Positions 46,304 through 57,798 of a stretch of DNA of 64,000 nucleotides are shown here, in pieces. The DNA comes from Lophium mytilinum (Eukaryota). The DNA lies in contig MU004185.1 of the NCBI GenBank assembly GCA_010093605.1, positions 1,757,334 to 1,821,333 on the forward strand. The letters run 5' to 3'. The notes beneath the pieces were generated by a model. The model ran no database searches and was not told the origin of the DNA. It was given only the letters and a program-made list of their open reading frames with translations. Numbering within the stretch: position 1 is the stretch's first letter; each line of letters opens with the position of its first letter. The position numbers and the translations under genes were made by a program.

Positions 46304-48488
46304 TCACTCCTTTTCATCGTGGTCATCGAGAGGCCAATGTCTCGCCGTCATCTCTTTATCAAATTCATCATCCAAAGAATCCAGAACCTCCTGCTTCGCC
46401 TCCCTTGCTCGTATGATCGCACCATCATACTCCTCGTTTGACGTCCATCCATCCACGGTAATCCCAATGCGACGTCGTGAATACTCAAGACCAGTGTCGG
46501 TAAGCTCCCAGTCACGAATGATCCTCGTGATTTTCTCCACGTCGCTGTTGGTGTACGTTATTGGACATGGATTGTCAGCTTCGTTGCTCTCTTCGACAAG
46601 CTGCTTCCAGAACTTCTGCACAATTACAAAGTCTGCTTTGAGAAATACATTATTCCCCTCCCATGGGTTGCCAGCGTGGCTGAAGAGTTTCCGCTTCAAA
46701 ACGCCGGTGCCTTGCTGAAGCGCATCCCAGTGAGGCTTATTGTATTTGGATGTGAAGCCTAGGTAGAAAAAATGGAGATGCCGACGTCTGTACTGCTCCA
46801 TTTCCGCTGCTCGATCTTCTTCATCCATGTCTTCAAGATTACCTGGAAGTTTGGGAGCGACGAAGATCAGGGACTGTTCATCGCCGTGGTTCTGGAAATA
46901 CTTCGGGATGCCGTAGGCGAGAAACAGTGGTAGAACGGAGCAGTGCTGCCAGTCAATGACGCCAACAATATCAAGCGTGTCGGATACGAAGATGTTCTGC
47001 GGCTGAAGGTCAGGATGACGAAGTGTAGGGCGAAGAAAGGCTTTCTCTTTTGGGACTAAATGCTGAACTAGACCCAGGTACTTCTGGATGTTTGTAGCGT
47101 GTTCTACCGGGCTCGACTTCTGGAAGTTCAACTCCTCTCTGTAAGCTCGTTCGAAAGGCAGGCGAGGCTTGCCATATTCCTGTAGCCAAGCTAGCTCCTT
47201 GAGAGCTAGTCCTCGAAGGACGTCTATGGGCTGGAGATCTAGTTCAAGTGTCAGTAAAGTGCGTCGTCATCGGTTCGTATACGCAGTCCTGCTACTACTC
47301 GAGTTGGCCCGGCAAGTTCACTGATCGTTTGAAGCAATAGATTTCAGATATATGAAACTGGATCGAAGCACCACTAGCAGCGGCACGCAGGTGGACATAA
47401 CTCAGTAGGCACTTACAAGGACCACGGTCAATATCGAGCAAACTCCGCTCCTCATGCCACCACCGCTGCTCAACATTCGGGCCAACGCAAACGTCGCAGT
47501 CCCTGAGGGAAGGAATAGAAACTCGGGCCGTTTCCGGGGGAAGATCATAGCCATGGTAGATGCTTCCATAGGCAGGAATGTCGATGGAGAAGAGCTTCGC
47601 CTCCATCTCGACCACACCCATGGTGACTTTGAGACGCTCTTTCTCCGTCAAGTCGAACCAGCGATCTCCCAGCGATCTTCCAGGAACTTTCTCCATCAGT
47701 ATGTACTCGGACCCAACAGGGTTGCTAGAATCCGTGGAGTAGCCCAGAACTCTAGGCACAGGTAATCCATAGTGCCGCAGAAGCTTCAAGGTAGCCACTT
47801 CGCTAGCGACGGCGAATCCCTTCGGTTGAGTTGACGGGTACGGGAGGCGCGCTAGGATCTGTGTATTGTCGGCCATGGTAATTTCGAAGACGCGATTGAA
47901 TCCGCCTTCTGCGAGCTTGCAAAAACTCTTGACGTTCATTCCAACCCTGTCTGCTACAACCCTTTTCAACTCTTTTACATCGAAGACAAGGCGCCGCTCC
48001 GCCAGCCGAAGCTGTTCATTGAAACTGAGGCAGTCAGTAAGAGCTGTCTTAAATGCGTGTACGGTGTCTCGTTATAAAAATCTATGCACTGTCCTGCCAC
48101 TGTCTGTGGTGCCTCGCAATATTTTCGAGATTCCAAAGCAGACGGAAGCTCAGCATTACGAACGATCTATAAGCTCGCGAAGGCACCTCAGATTAAAATC
48201 AGAGGGACGCACATAAGCAAAACCGCGACCCGTTGCCCCAGATTCTATCATGACGTTGAAGCACTTCTCGCACGGGCATGATTCCGTATACTGGCACGTG
48301 ACGAGTGTTGAAGTAGAATAAACTCACATCCATCTGCCTGACGTATACTCGAAAAGTTCCGAGTCATCACCCAGCTTCGTAATTCTAGACGATGAAGAGA
48401 ACTTCAGCAAAACTGCTGTGAGGAAACATCTCGCCGGAGGCGCGTATCGCGTCGACGACGGGAACAGACAGGCTCTCAAGAGTGACAT
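46304..48488 (-). CDS. APH/choline-kinase-like phosphotransferase, AIM9-like (multi-exon, possible mitochondrial presequence)
   Basis: Exon 1 MSLLRACLF...LFEYTSGRW, then KLAEGGFNRVF, ARLPYP, SEVATL, NPVGSEYILMEKVPG and LRHPDLQPQNIFV...GVIDWQ. Confidence 0.87.
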
Positions 48489-48915
48489 AGAAGTAGGCGA
48501 GCGGTTTCGTTTTTGAACTTGCCAGTTGTTGTCGTTGTTTGGAGGTCTCTAAATCTGAGTAGGGTGGGCGCGACAACTTACCCGTCGCTAGCAGTGTCTG
48601 AAGTGGTCTGGCAAGTTGACCAGTTGTTCAAAAGATAGGCTTGGATCTAGTTGTTCCCCGACGTACTGAAAGCGTACGGATATGCTGCTCATTCACCGGA
48701 ATCAATCTCATAACCACATTCAAGTCTCGCTACGTAGGTGAGCACCTCGATCCTCTCACGCTTTCCACAGCCGCCCTCAATAAAACGTCACTGCACCTCC
48801 ATCAATCCAGTCACTCTCCCTATTTGATCCTCTCAGCTTCCAGCACTACAACCAATCAGGCATACATCGACTCACCACTGCCCGACGCGGTCGCACCCAA
48901 CCTCAGACACCCAAG

Positions 48916-49998
48916 ATGTCCCTCCTCCTCGCCCTCCCTGCAGAAATCCGCCAGCAAATCGTCTCAGAAACCATCTCCGTCACAGTAGGCCACGGTTTCC
49001 ACATCTCAATCGCGAGCACCGGCATCTGCAAGACTCTCCAAGCCGACGCAAACGAAGTATTCCGAAGCTGGCTCCCCTCCGCCACGACCCGGTCCCCAAT
49101 AGTCATTGAACGCGGCTCCGATGCCTGCTGGGCCGACTTCAATAACCTCCTAAGCTTTCTCCACAAGCGCGCAGCGCGGCTAAACCGCCTTCTTACATGG
49201 CCCGGCATTGAAGTCGTCCAGATAAACGTGTTCAGCCAGTCCGGATATCGTACGTGGGATTATTGGTGGAGTGTTCGCTGGGTAGACAAGCTACAGCGTC
49301 TACCCCGGAGCGTCAAGTGCGTCAAGCTAGACCTCACACTGAAAGAAGAAACGATGAGGGCGCTGCAGAAGGAGGATGTCCATGTGCGAAAGGTACACTG
49401 GTACGGCATTGTTACTATAGCCCAGGTAATCGTCAAAGGAGTGTTGGACGATCGTCCTGACATCTCGCTTGAAGTGGTGGGAGAGATTCCCGAGAGCGAG
49501 GTCGGTTCGGTTGCGCATGTGGCGCATCCGGACCCGGTCCCGGATTTGGTTTCGGAACGCTGTTACGAGCTTGATGGGCTTGCTGAGAGGAACTATCGGA
49601 AGAGATTCGGGCCCCTGGAAGACGGTCTCCTCGCTAAGTTTGTCAAGAAAGTCACCGAAAGTCCTGAGAGGAGGGAAATAGCGAGATGGGCTAAGATTAA
49701 GGGGAAGAAGAAAAAGGATTTAAAGGAGACAAGACAGAAAATGATAGAGACGAAGGCTAGCACGGGATTGGGCACCCGTGTGGCCGAGCTGAGAAGGCTT
49801 GCAAAGGAGGGACCATGGAGTTCCGAGGGCAACGCGACGACAGCGGACGGGGCGAAACGGCGGAAAGTGTTGGAGAAAGAGAGGGAAGGATTGGGCACTC
49901 GAGTGGCCGAGCTGAAGAAGCGTGCTAGGGAGGCTACATGGGAGTTCGAAGGTAGCGCGACAATTGAACACGCAGTGAAGCGGCAAAGGAGGAACTAG
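48916..49998 (+). CDS. F-box-like protein, paralogue A
   Basis: N-terminal LLALPAEIRQQI; shares motifs with the two downstream ORFs; basic C-terminal tail. Confidence 0.75.
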   Translation: MSLLLALPAEIRQQIVSETISVTVGHGFHISIASTGICKTLQADANEVFRSWLPSATTRSPIVIERGSDACWADFNNLLSFLHKRAARLNRLLTWPGIEVVQINVFSQSGYRTWDYWWSVRWVDKLQRLPRSVKCVKLDLTLKEETMRALQKEDVHVRKVHWYGIVTIAQVIVKGVLDDRPDISLEVVGEIPESEVGSVAHVAHPDPVPDLVSERCYELDGLAERNYRKRFGPLEDGLLAKFVKKVTESPERREIARWAKIKGKKKKDLKETRQKMIETKASTGLGTRVAELRRLAKEGPWSSEGNATTADGAKRRKVLEKEREGLGTRVAELKKRAREATWEFEGSATIEHAVKRQRRN

Positions 49999-51007
49999 GC
50001 GGGAGACAGTGATGATACAGGTGCCAGTATTAGTGCGAAAAGTGGAGTAGTCATGGGTTAGGAGTGTTTTAACACTTCGAATACTGTCAAAGGCTGTTCC
50101 AAGGTACAGTCTTAGGCCACAAGTCTAGGCACACGGATTCATTACAACTCTACTCCAACTTACCCACTCAATACCACTGTGAGGAGTAGCCTGGCCGCTG
50201 AGCAGGTAATTAGTTAAAAGGCAGTCTAATCTGTACTGCTCGAACCTCGACATCAACAGTATTGTGCCATAAGTCCGGGCACCTGAAACTATTTCTGCCT
50301 TGCTCCAACTTTGCTTACTTAACATCAATGTTCGGGGTACCCTGGTTGCTGCATATCCAGTTGATCAAGAAGACTCTAATATAAACTGCTTGAAGCTTGA
50401 CATCGCCCTTAGGTCCTTGAAACCCTGTGGGGATATACCCCAAGCAGTGGCGTACCAGTGTGCCCAGACTTATGGCCTGTCACTGTAGTTGACTCTGTCT
50501 GATATCAAGTTACTCCTTCACGAAAAGTTTTCTACGTCCTTGAGTAGGCCCTATAGGATCTTGTGGTTGCAGATTCAGATATCACAGTAATAGACCCTTC
50601 GATGAATCGATGAGAATGATAGCTCTGGATGTAACACACCTTTGTGCCGTTGGTACACATGGCATAGATATGCGACGTGGTATCGAGGTGAGGAACGTTT
50701 CCAAGAAGGCATGACGTTCCGTGGGTTGAGTCTCCCATTTTTGACCTCACCATTGACTTCGACATCGTGATGATGGCAGATTGTAGCTACACTAGTGAAC
50801 ACACTGAAAGCCTCCAGAGACTGTGAAAGCGTGCGGATCTTCACCAGATTGGATCTCGCATGTACTACTCGAGTGCACATAAACCGCGACGTCTCCCTCA
50901 CACTTTAGACACGCACCTTCACTCGCACCAGCCTTTCAAACCTCTATCTCCATCTCGGACCCACTCACAACACCACCCCAACACACAAGCAGGGTCTCAC
51001 CACAACA

Positions 51008-52000
51008 ATGCCCGGCCCAACTCTCCTCACCCTCCCCGCCGAACTGCGGCAGCAAATCATCACCGAAACCATCTTCGCCGAGGTCACCGACGATGGCTAC
51101 GAGATCTCCACCCCTCTGAGTGGCGTTTGCAAAACCCTCCAAGCCGACATCGACGATGTCCTTCCCATCTGGCTGCCCTCTACCAGCGCCTCTTCCGTCA
51201 TCCTCACGACCAACAAAGCACCAGTGAACGGGCGAGGATTCCGAAGCCTCAAGAAAGAGCTCAAGAAGCGCGCCACGCGACGAATTGGGGGCGGTGCCTG
51301 GTCTGGCATCTCCGCCATCACGATCCGCGCCTACGAGGCGGCGCCTTACTACACCATCTTCAACACCTTCGAGCCTGTTAGACTCACCCAGACCGTACGG
51401 GAATTTCGTTGGCACAGTGGCCGGCGTTCGCTGCCTGCGAGTATCAAGCGCGTTGAGTTTGATCTCCGGATTGATTCGGCATCCTTACAAGCGCTGCAAC
51501 AGATGCCGATGGGCAACCAGAAGGACTGGTGGTGCGAGGACCTATGGACGGTTACGAAGTGCATCGAGCGATATACGGACGTCACTTTTGAGGTGGCTGG
51601 ACGGCTTCCCGAGAGCCAGGTTGATGCGCTGTTGCATCGGCAGCGGAAAGGGGGAGTCCATTACTGGTACTGGAAGCAGGTGTATGCGAACCTTGAAAAA
51701 GACCACTTTGCTGGGTTCTTGGGGAATGTGAGAGAGGCGCGGGAGCGTCTCAAGATTGAGGAGGAGGCGGAGAGACAGAGGAAAATGGAGATGAAGAAAT
51801 ATAAGAAGGAGTTCGGCAAGAGGATGGCAGAGTTGAAGAAGAGGAAGCAGGAGAAGAATGGCGATCTGAGCACAGCGGGAGGCAAGCGTCTGAAGGAGGA
51901 TCAGGGTGATGTTGATGGCGTTTCAGATGGGTCGTTCTTGGATCAACCGTCGATGCCGTTCCGGTCTCGAGATAGTCTTCTGGATGGACCGGGCCAGTGA
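51008..52000 (+). CDS. F-box-like protein, paralogue B
   Basis: LLTLPAELRQQI...GVCKTLQAD...WLP...WSGI...LPASIKRVEFDL...EVAGRLPESQV. Confidence 0.75.
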   Translation: MPGPTLLTLPAELRQQIITETIFAEVTDDGYEISTPLSGVCKTLQADIDDVLPIWLPSTSASSVILTTNKAPVNGRGFRSLKKELKKRATRRIGGGAWSGISAITIRAYEAAPYYTIFNTFEPVRLTQTVREFRWHSGRRSLPASIKRVEFDLRIDSASLQALQQMPMGNQKDWWCEDLWTVTKCIERYTDVTFEVAGRLPESQVDALLHRQRKGGVHYWYWKQVYANLEKDHFAGFLGNVREARERLKIEEEAERQRKMEMKKYKKEFGKRMAELKKRKQEKNGDLSTAGGKRLKEDQGDVDGVSDGSFLDQPSMPFRSRDSLLDGPGQ

Positions 52001-52646
52001 TGGACCAACGGAGATCTGGCTATTAAGCCTGCTAGATACAGTCATGCGTCATAGGTTTGGGCAAGGCCTCAAATCACGCTACCTTACCAAATTCACTTCT
52101 CCACGTGATGTTGTAAGGCTTTTGAGTACTCGAATGGCACATAGAATTTGGAACAAACCCATAAGGTCAAAGAAAGAAATATAGAATTCGCCCAAGTGGC
52201 AAGCTCAGGGTCTTGTTCAGAGCCACGATTTGTGAGAGGGGTTCGTCCCCAACCTCCTCAATTTCACCGAATGGAGGGCTGAGAACGTGATTGGCTCTAC
52301 CAAACTTTATCAGCTCTCTAATCGGAATCTTATAGTTCTTCGCAGAATCTCCTTGCGCTCTAGTTTCTCACTACACCTTCGACACTCAACTTCTAGCTCT
52401 GGCACATTTTACACTTACTCACTAACACCACTCGAGACTCTTCAAGAACTTACAACTTACTGCTGTCGACGCCTTCTGCACATACCTGTTCCACTCATAC
52501 CACCACTCCGATCGTCGAACTGTGTTGGCTGGCCCAACTCTCACGACCCTCCCTGCATACAGCCTCTCCGGTAGATTCGCCGCGACATCTAGCTCAGCTC
52601 TCAGCACCCTCTCTCTATCTCCCATCACTCCGCTACACCATACGCA

Positions 52647-53678
52647 ATGGCCGGCCCAACTCTGACCACCCTCCCCGCCGAGCTCCGCCAGAAGATCATC
52701 GCCGAGACCATCACCATCACCATCAGCACCACCACGCCCGTCTTCACCCCTCTCGTCCACCTCTGCCCTCCCATCATCGCCCTGGGTATCACCGCAACCG
52801 CCGCGATCCTCCTGACCCTCTCCACCACCAACTTCACCCCCTTCGGCGACGTCTGCGCCCTCCTCCAAGCCGACATCCTCGCGCTCTGCGCCAGCTGGCT
52901 GCCCACCCCCACCACCCCCATCACCCTCTCGCAGAACACCCGCGCCAGCTGGGCCGCCCTCGCCGCCTTCTCCACCGTCGTCAACGCGCGCGCCGCCCGC
53001 CTGAACCGCCGCGCCTGGCCCGGCATCACGACGCTCACGCTGCGCTTCCTCGTCCCGACCTCCGCGCCCCTAGACGCCAATCTCTTCGAATCCATCGACC
53101 CGCCGTTCAAGTGGGCGAAGGAGCTACGCCGGCTGCCCGCCAGCGTGAAGCTTATCAAGCTCGATCTCTCGCTCCCCGACGCGCACATGACGCAGCTGTG
53201 TGCGCAGGAGCTCTCCACGCAGCGCGTCTTCTGGTACGAGTGTTTCCGCGCCGTGCGACTCCTGGATGATGAGGCCAAGCGGCGTGGTATCGTTATTGAG
53301 GTGCTGGGCGAGCTGCCGCGGAGCCAGGTCGCTGCGCTCGCGCCCGTGGCGGGGACGCCGGCGTATTTCACGATCTTTGGAAAGGTGGCCCGCATGATGC
53401 TGATGGCGGAAGGGTATTATCGGCATCGCTGGGGGGTGCTAGAGCACTGCCGTCAGGGGGCTGTTCTGAATGGGTTCGTAAGGAGGGTTAGGGCTACCAA
53501 GGAGTGGAAGGAGGAGTGTAGGCAAGATGTTCTTCGCGGAGAGATATGGAAAAGGGAATACAAGAAGGTGATAGCGGAGCTTTCGAGGCGGATGTCGGCG
53601 CTGAAGAAGCGGAAGAGGGAGGAGGATGGGGAGGAGCTGGAGAATGAGGAGGGCGCGAAACGGATGAGGACAGAGTAG
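52647..53678 (+). CDS. F-box-like protein, paralogue C
   Basis: LTTLPAELRQKI...VCALLQAD...WLP...WPGI...LPASVKLIKLDL...EVLGELPRSQV; KKRKRE tail. Confidence 0.75.
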   Translation: MAGPTLTTLPAELRQKIIAETITITISTTTPVFTPLVHLCPPIIALGITATAAILLTLSTTNFTPFGDVCALLQADILALCASWLPTPTTPITLSQNTRASWAALAAFSTVVNARAARLNRRAWPGITTLTLRFLVPTSAPLDANLFESIDPPFKWAKELRRLPASVKLIKLDLSLPDAHMTQLCAQELSTQRVFWYECFRAVRLLDDEAKRRGIVIEVLGELPRSQVAALAPVAGTPAYFTIFGKVARMMLMAEGYYRHRWGVLEHCRQGAVLNGFVRRVRATKEWKEECRQDVLRGEIWKREYKKVIAELSRRMSALKKRKREEDGEELENEEGAKRMRTE

Positions 53679-54877
53679 GCGAGGGGAGCGAAAGAGAAAG
53701 ACCCAAGGCCAGGAGGATGTTTTCAATGTTGTCGCAATAGTCGCCGCAGAGGCGGGATATGGTTTGGAGGGTGCGCCATTGCTCTTGCTCGTTTGTCCAG
53801 CTACTGGAGAGCTGGAGTTCGAGGGAGGAAAGCGTAGTAGATGGTCTGGAATTGTCTGGATACCGCACTGCACGATTTTCGCTCTTGGTGGTATCCAATT
53901 TAGAGAGCATTGACGGCTGAGAGATACTCTTGGTTGAACCCAGTATCGTGATTTTATACTCTTTGGTAGTTATGGCGTAGTCGAGTTTTTGTACTCAGAT
54001 AATCGTTTGTTCGTGATTGAAATGACCCAGAAAGCTCGCCCTAGTTCCAGGATCATAAGCCTTCCATTCAGTCCCGGCCTTTGGAAAGGCATAGAAGTTA
54101 GACTCGTAGTGGTACAGAGCACGTGCTGCCGAATCGCAGCAGAGTTCGTGATACAGACTCGTAGCCTGTCGATCGGGTAGCAAAGGGGTTCCCAATGCCG
54201 CGGAAGCATCAAGTCTTACAAGCCTAAGACACGTTTAGCAGGTGGAATCCCGTATGACATAAAATACCCCTCTTCTCTAGACGTCAAGCTTCCCTACCTT
54301 CCAAGAATCGCAGCTCCAACACCCCAGCCAAGCATCGCGAGATCCCGTTGCGTGGCGCGCAACACAAACATTCGAGGCGGAGATGACTCCGACGAAAGCC
54401 CAGCGACGAGCATTCTCCCAGACACACAGACAGACAAGATAAGGATGAGTGAGAAATTCTCTTTCCAGCAGCAGAAGCAAGCACCTTAGATTCAAGGATG
54501 GGTATCAATCATCTCAGAGTACCAATAGAACAACAATTCCCATCCCAGAATCCCTTTTTCCATAGGCAAGCAGCAAAGAAGCTCAGATGGCTCGGTTATC
54601 TCTCTCGCACTCTCTGAACTCGGTCTCGATCTCGATCTCGATCTCTCTCGCCCGCAGCAAGCAAATACAACAACAAGAAGCCCATGATTACCATCGCAAA
54701 TGACCAGAAGATAAAAGGTGTCCGGACGGATTCAGAGACGAATCCCAAAGAAGTCGCACCAAGACATGCTCTCCACCCTCGAGTATTGGAGTTCGCCCGT
54801 GAGCAAATAGCCTTCTGTGTTCTCTCCGGAACGACAGAAGGGGATGGGTGAACTCGCGTCAGTAATCAATGGACCAT

Positions 54878-55767
54878 CTACCACTGGCCTCCGCCCTGTT
54901 GAGACTGGCCATAGCCACCCTCGCCGCCACCTTGGCCACCGCCGCCGTAGCCACGGTCGCCTCCGCCGCCTTGGTAGCCTCCTCCGCCTCCGCCGGAGTA
55001 ACCTGATTGCTGGTTGCCGCCCCAGTTGCCGGCACCGCCGCCATAGCCGCCTTGTTCTTGCAAGTTAGATTCAGGAGCTCTTGAGTGCGTTCTAGGTTGT
55101 AAACTCACCGCCTCCGCCGGATCGTCCACCGTAGCCTCCTCCTGGATTAGAAATTTAGCATGGAACGTCCTGGAGAAAAAACGGGTTATCGAATCGCACC
55201 ATAGCTACCTCCGCCACCGTATCCTCCACCTCCACGGCCTCCGCCATAGCCGCCGCCTCCGCCGCCACGGGAGTAGCCTCCTCCACCTCCGCCGCCGCCG
55301 GATCGCTCAGAGGCCTTGTCGACGCGGATAGTTCGTCCATCGAACCTAGGACTTGTTAGCATGCATGTGGGAGAATACCGAATTCAAGTGCCGTGCAAGC
55401 CATATTGCGGCACGGTCCAATCAAGTGGCGGGCCAGCACGTGGCAGAACAAAGGATCAAACATACTCGACGTTGTTCATGTTCTCAATCGCCTGGTCGGC
55501 CTCGCCCTCTTGAGAGAAGCGCACGAAGCCGAATCCACGGCTACGGCCAGTATCGCGGTCCTTTACGACAATCTGCAATCAGGTGAGCAGGATGTCGCGA
55601 TGCGCGCGGCAGGGTGATGACGTACTGCCTCCTCGACGGTGCCGAACTCCTCGAACTTGGTGCGGAGGGTGGCATCGTCGGTGTGCCAGGCAAGGCCGCT
55701 GGGGACTGTCAGTGATGTGCATGCGAAGTGAGGAGCGGTGGACTTACCCAATGAACAGTTTGGACAT
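54878..55767 (-). CDS. Glycine-rich RNA-binding protein (single RRM plus G/Y-rich tail), multi-exon
   Basis: [31 protein letters not shown] (RNP1), [14 protein letters not shown], followed by GGY repeats in several small exons. Confidence 0.92.
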
Positions 55768-57798
55768 GGTTTCGGGGGTTTCGGACAGCGCTCTACCAAA
55801 GTCTCAATTCACACACTCTCAACAAATCGCGAACGGAGAAAGACAGGCATCGCAGGGTCGTCTGGCGACAGACGGAAAGTACAAAGAGGCAGGACAGGTA
55901 GGACAGGCAGGACGGCTGGAGGAGCCGCCGGGAGGTGAGAGCAAGCAGAGATGGCAACTCCGGAGAGCGAGGCAGCGAACAGCATGACGACGAAGGAACG
56001 AACTTTTGATTCTGGCTTCACGAGAGTGAAAGGTGGCAGCGCACGGTGAGCTGGTGCGCAGGTGGGTGGAAGAGGAATTGATGGAAGCTGGTGTAGGCGC
56101 AAGAGTTTGCGACAAGAAGTGGGTGTGAGAAGGGTTGGTGTGGGTGAGAAAGGTTGGTGTGGTGGAGATGGAGAGTGGAGGGGCGGCGGGGCAGATGAAA
56201 AGCAGGCAGAAAAGAGACCCCTCCAGTGGGAGAAGGGCGCTAGCGATCAAAGCACTCACGCTACGGCTCAGTCGTCCAGGTGTGCTCAGCGACGGCTGTG
56301 ACAGGTCGGCTTAGCGGTCGAAGCGCGGCGGATGCGTGGCAGGGTGGCCCGGTCGGTAGGGGAGCAGCTGTGAGCTTGTGAATTGCAGTGCAGTGAGGCC
56401 GTCTGATACGCTGGAGGTGCAGGAGGCGGGCGTTTTTGTATGCCGCTGGCTGGCTATGGACCGAGGGGCGCTGATATTGGCGCCATCCCGTGTCTAAAAC
56501 ATCATGCGGCCCATGGCTAGCTAGGCCCTATACGGCCCAATTGCGAGCAAGCAGGCAGCTGATGGGTCTGATGCATTGCGCACGCCATGCTTCACGGACC
56601 CGCTCCGATGCGCGCAGCAGGCTCTGCAGCGAGCCAGATGGATATTGCGCATGCTTCGGTGTGTATCAATTCGCTTAACACGCAGAGCATCAGGGCACAA
56701 GCACACAAGGGCATCAGAAGGCAGCAGGGCGAGCGGCATTGTGGCATCATTGGGCGTCGCGTTGGACAGAAGCGCGTGGGTTGCAGTGGAGGCGATCCCA
56801 CAAAAGAAGCTTATCAAGATAATCGCGGTGCGGAGGCGAGCTGCTGGGCCTCCTTCCCCACCAAACACTGTATGCCTGCACCCACCCTGCCCCCGAGCCG
56901 GAATCGGCCTCTCGCAGACGGGCTGGTGTGCGTGGTCGGCCAAACAAATCAGCGGCTCGTGCTGCCGTGGGATGCCCGGTCGGCAGCATTCGGGGTCGCC
57001 ACGGCCACGGGACTCGGGATAGGGCTCCGTGAAGACGACGACGACGACCATCTCGCGATCCCCGGCAGCATTCGTCGGCCTCAATCGTGGCTCTGAAAGG
57101 CACTGTGGCCGCAGCTGAGGGACAAGCGGTCTCGCCGGACTGCCACAGATCTCGCCCGCGCCATGCATCATGCCTCTAACCTCTAGCCAGCAGCGCTGCA
57201 TGGGGACAGGCACGCCAGCTGCAATCAACCGCTGCTCCCCGTCCAATGCCATGATATTGCATGCTTCAGTCACGCGGCGAGCAAACTTACCGCAATCAGA
57301 CTACCACAATCAGACTATGAAATCAAACTACGACAATCAGACTATGGCTCTCAATTGACACTTCACGCTCTTCTCTGCCAGGCTGCCGTAGTATCTTCGG
57401 GTTGCGTGGTGTTGATTGCTCGTCATGTGGCAGGTGCTTTCCGCATTGGGAAGCCGCAGCTGGATGCCTCCACCACATTGTCATCGTCACAGCGTCGTAG
57501 CTTTGATCTATGCACTTAGTGAACCTGCGAGCGCTGCAGCAAGCAAGAGCACCGTGATATCTCTGTTTGACCCTCCAAGCCGCATCGTCGCGCCCATCGT
57601 TACACAGTACCAGTCTGCGAGCGACCAAGAGTTCAGCCCCTCCGCGCTTCTCAACCATCCCCAAGGCCTCTGCAGTACGACGGCAGCTACACGTCTCGAA
57701 AGTCGGTGTGCCGTTGTGTCCCCCGAGTGTGAAAGCCACGTCGAAGCGCCTCGAGGAGTGTGTCGCCGGGCCTGGCTCCATGTGAAGCCTGTGGAGTC

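Noticed and set aside
56000..57790. ORFs up to 250 aa and a short caatcagacta repeat (~57293-57345)
   Set aside because: The ORFs are mutually overlapping with no domain evidence. The repeat is only three short copies and is probably slippage.
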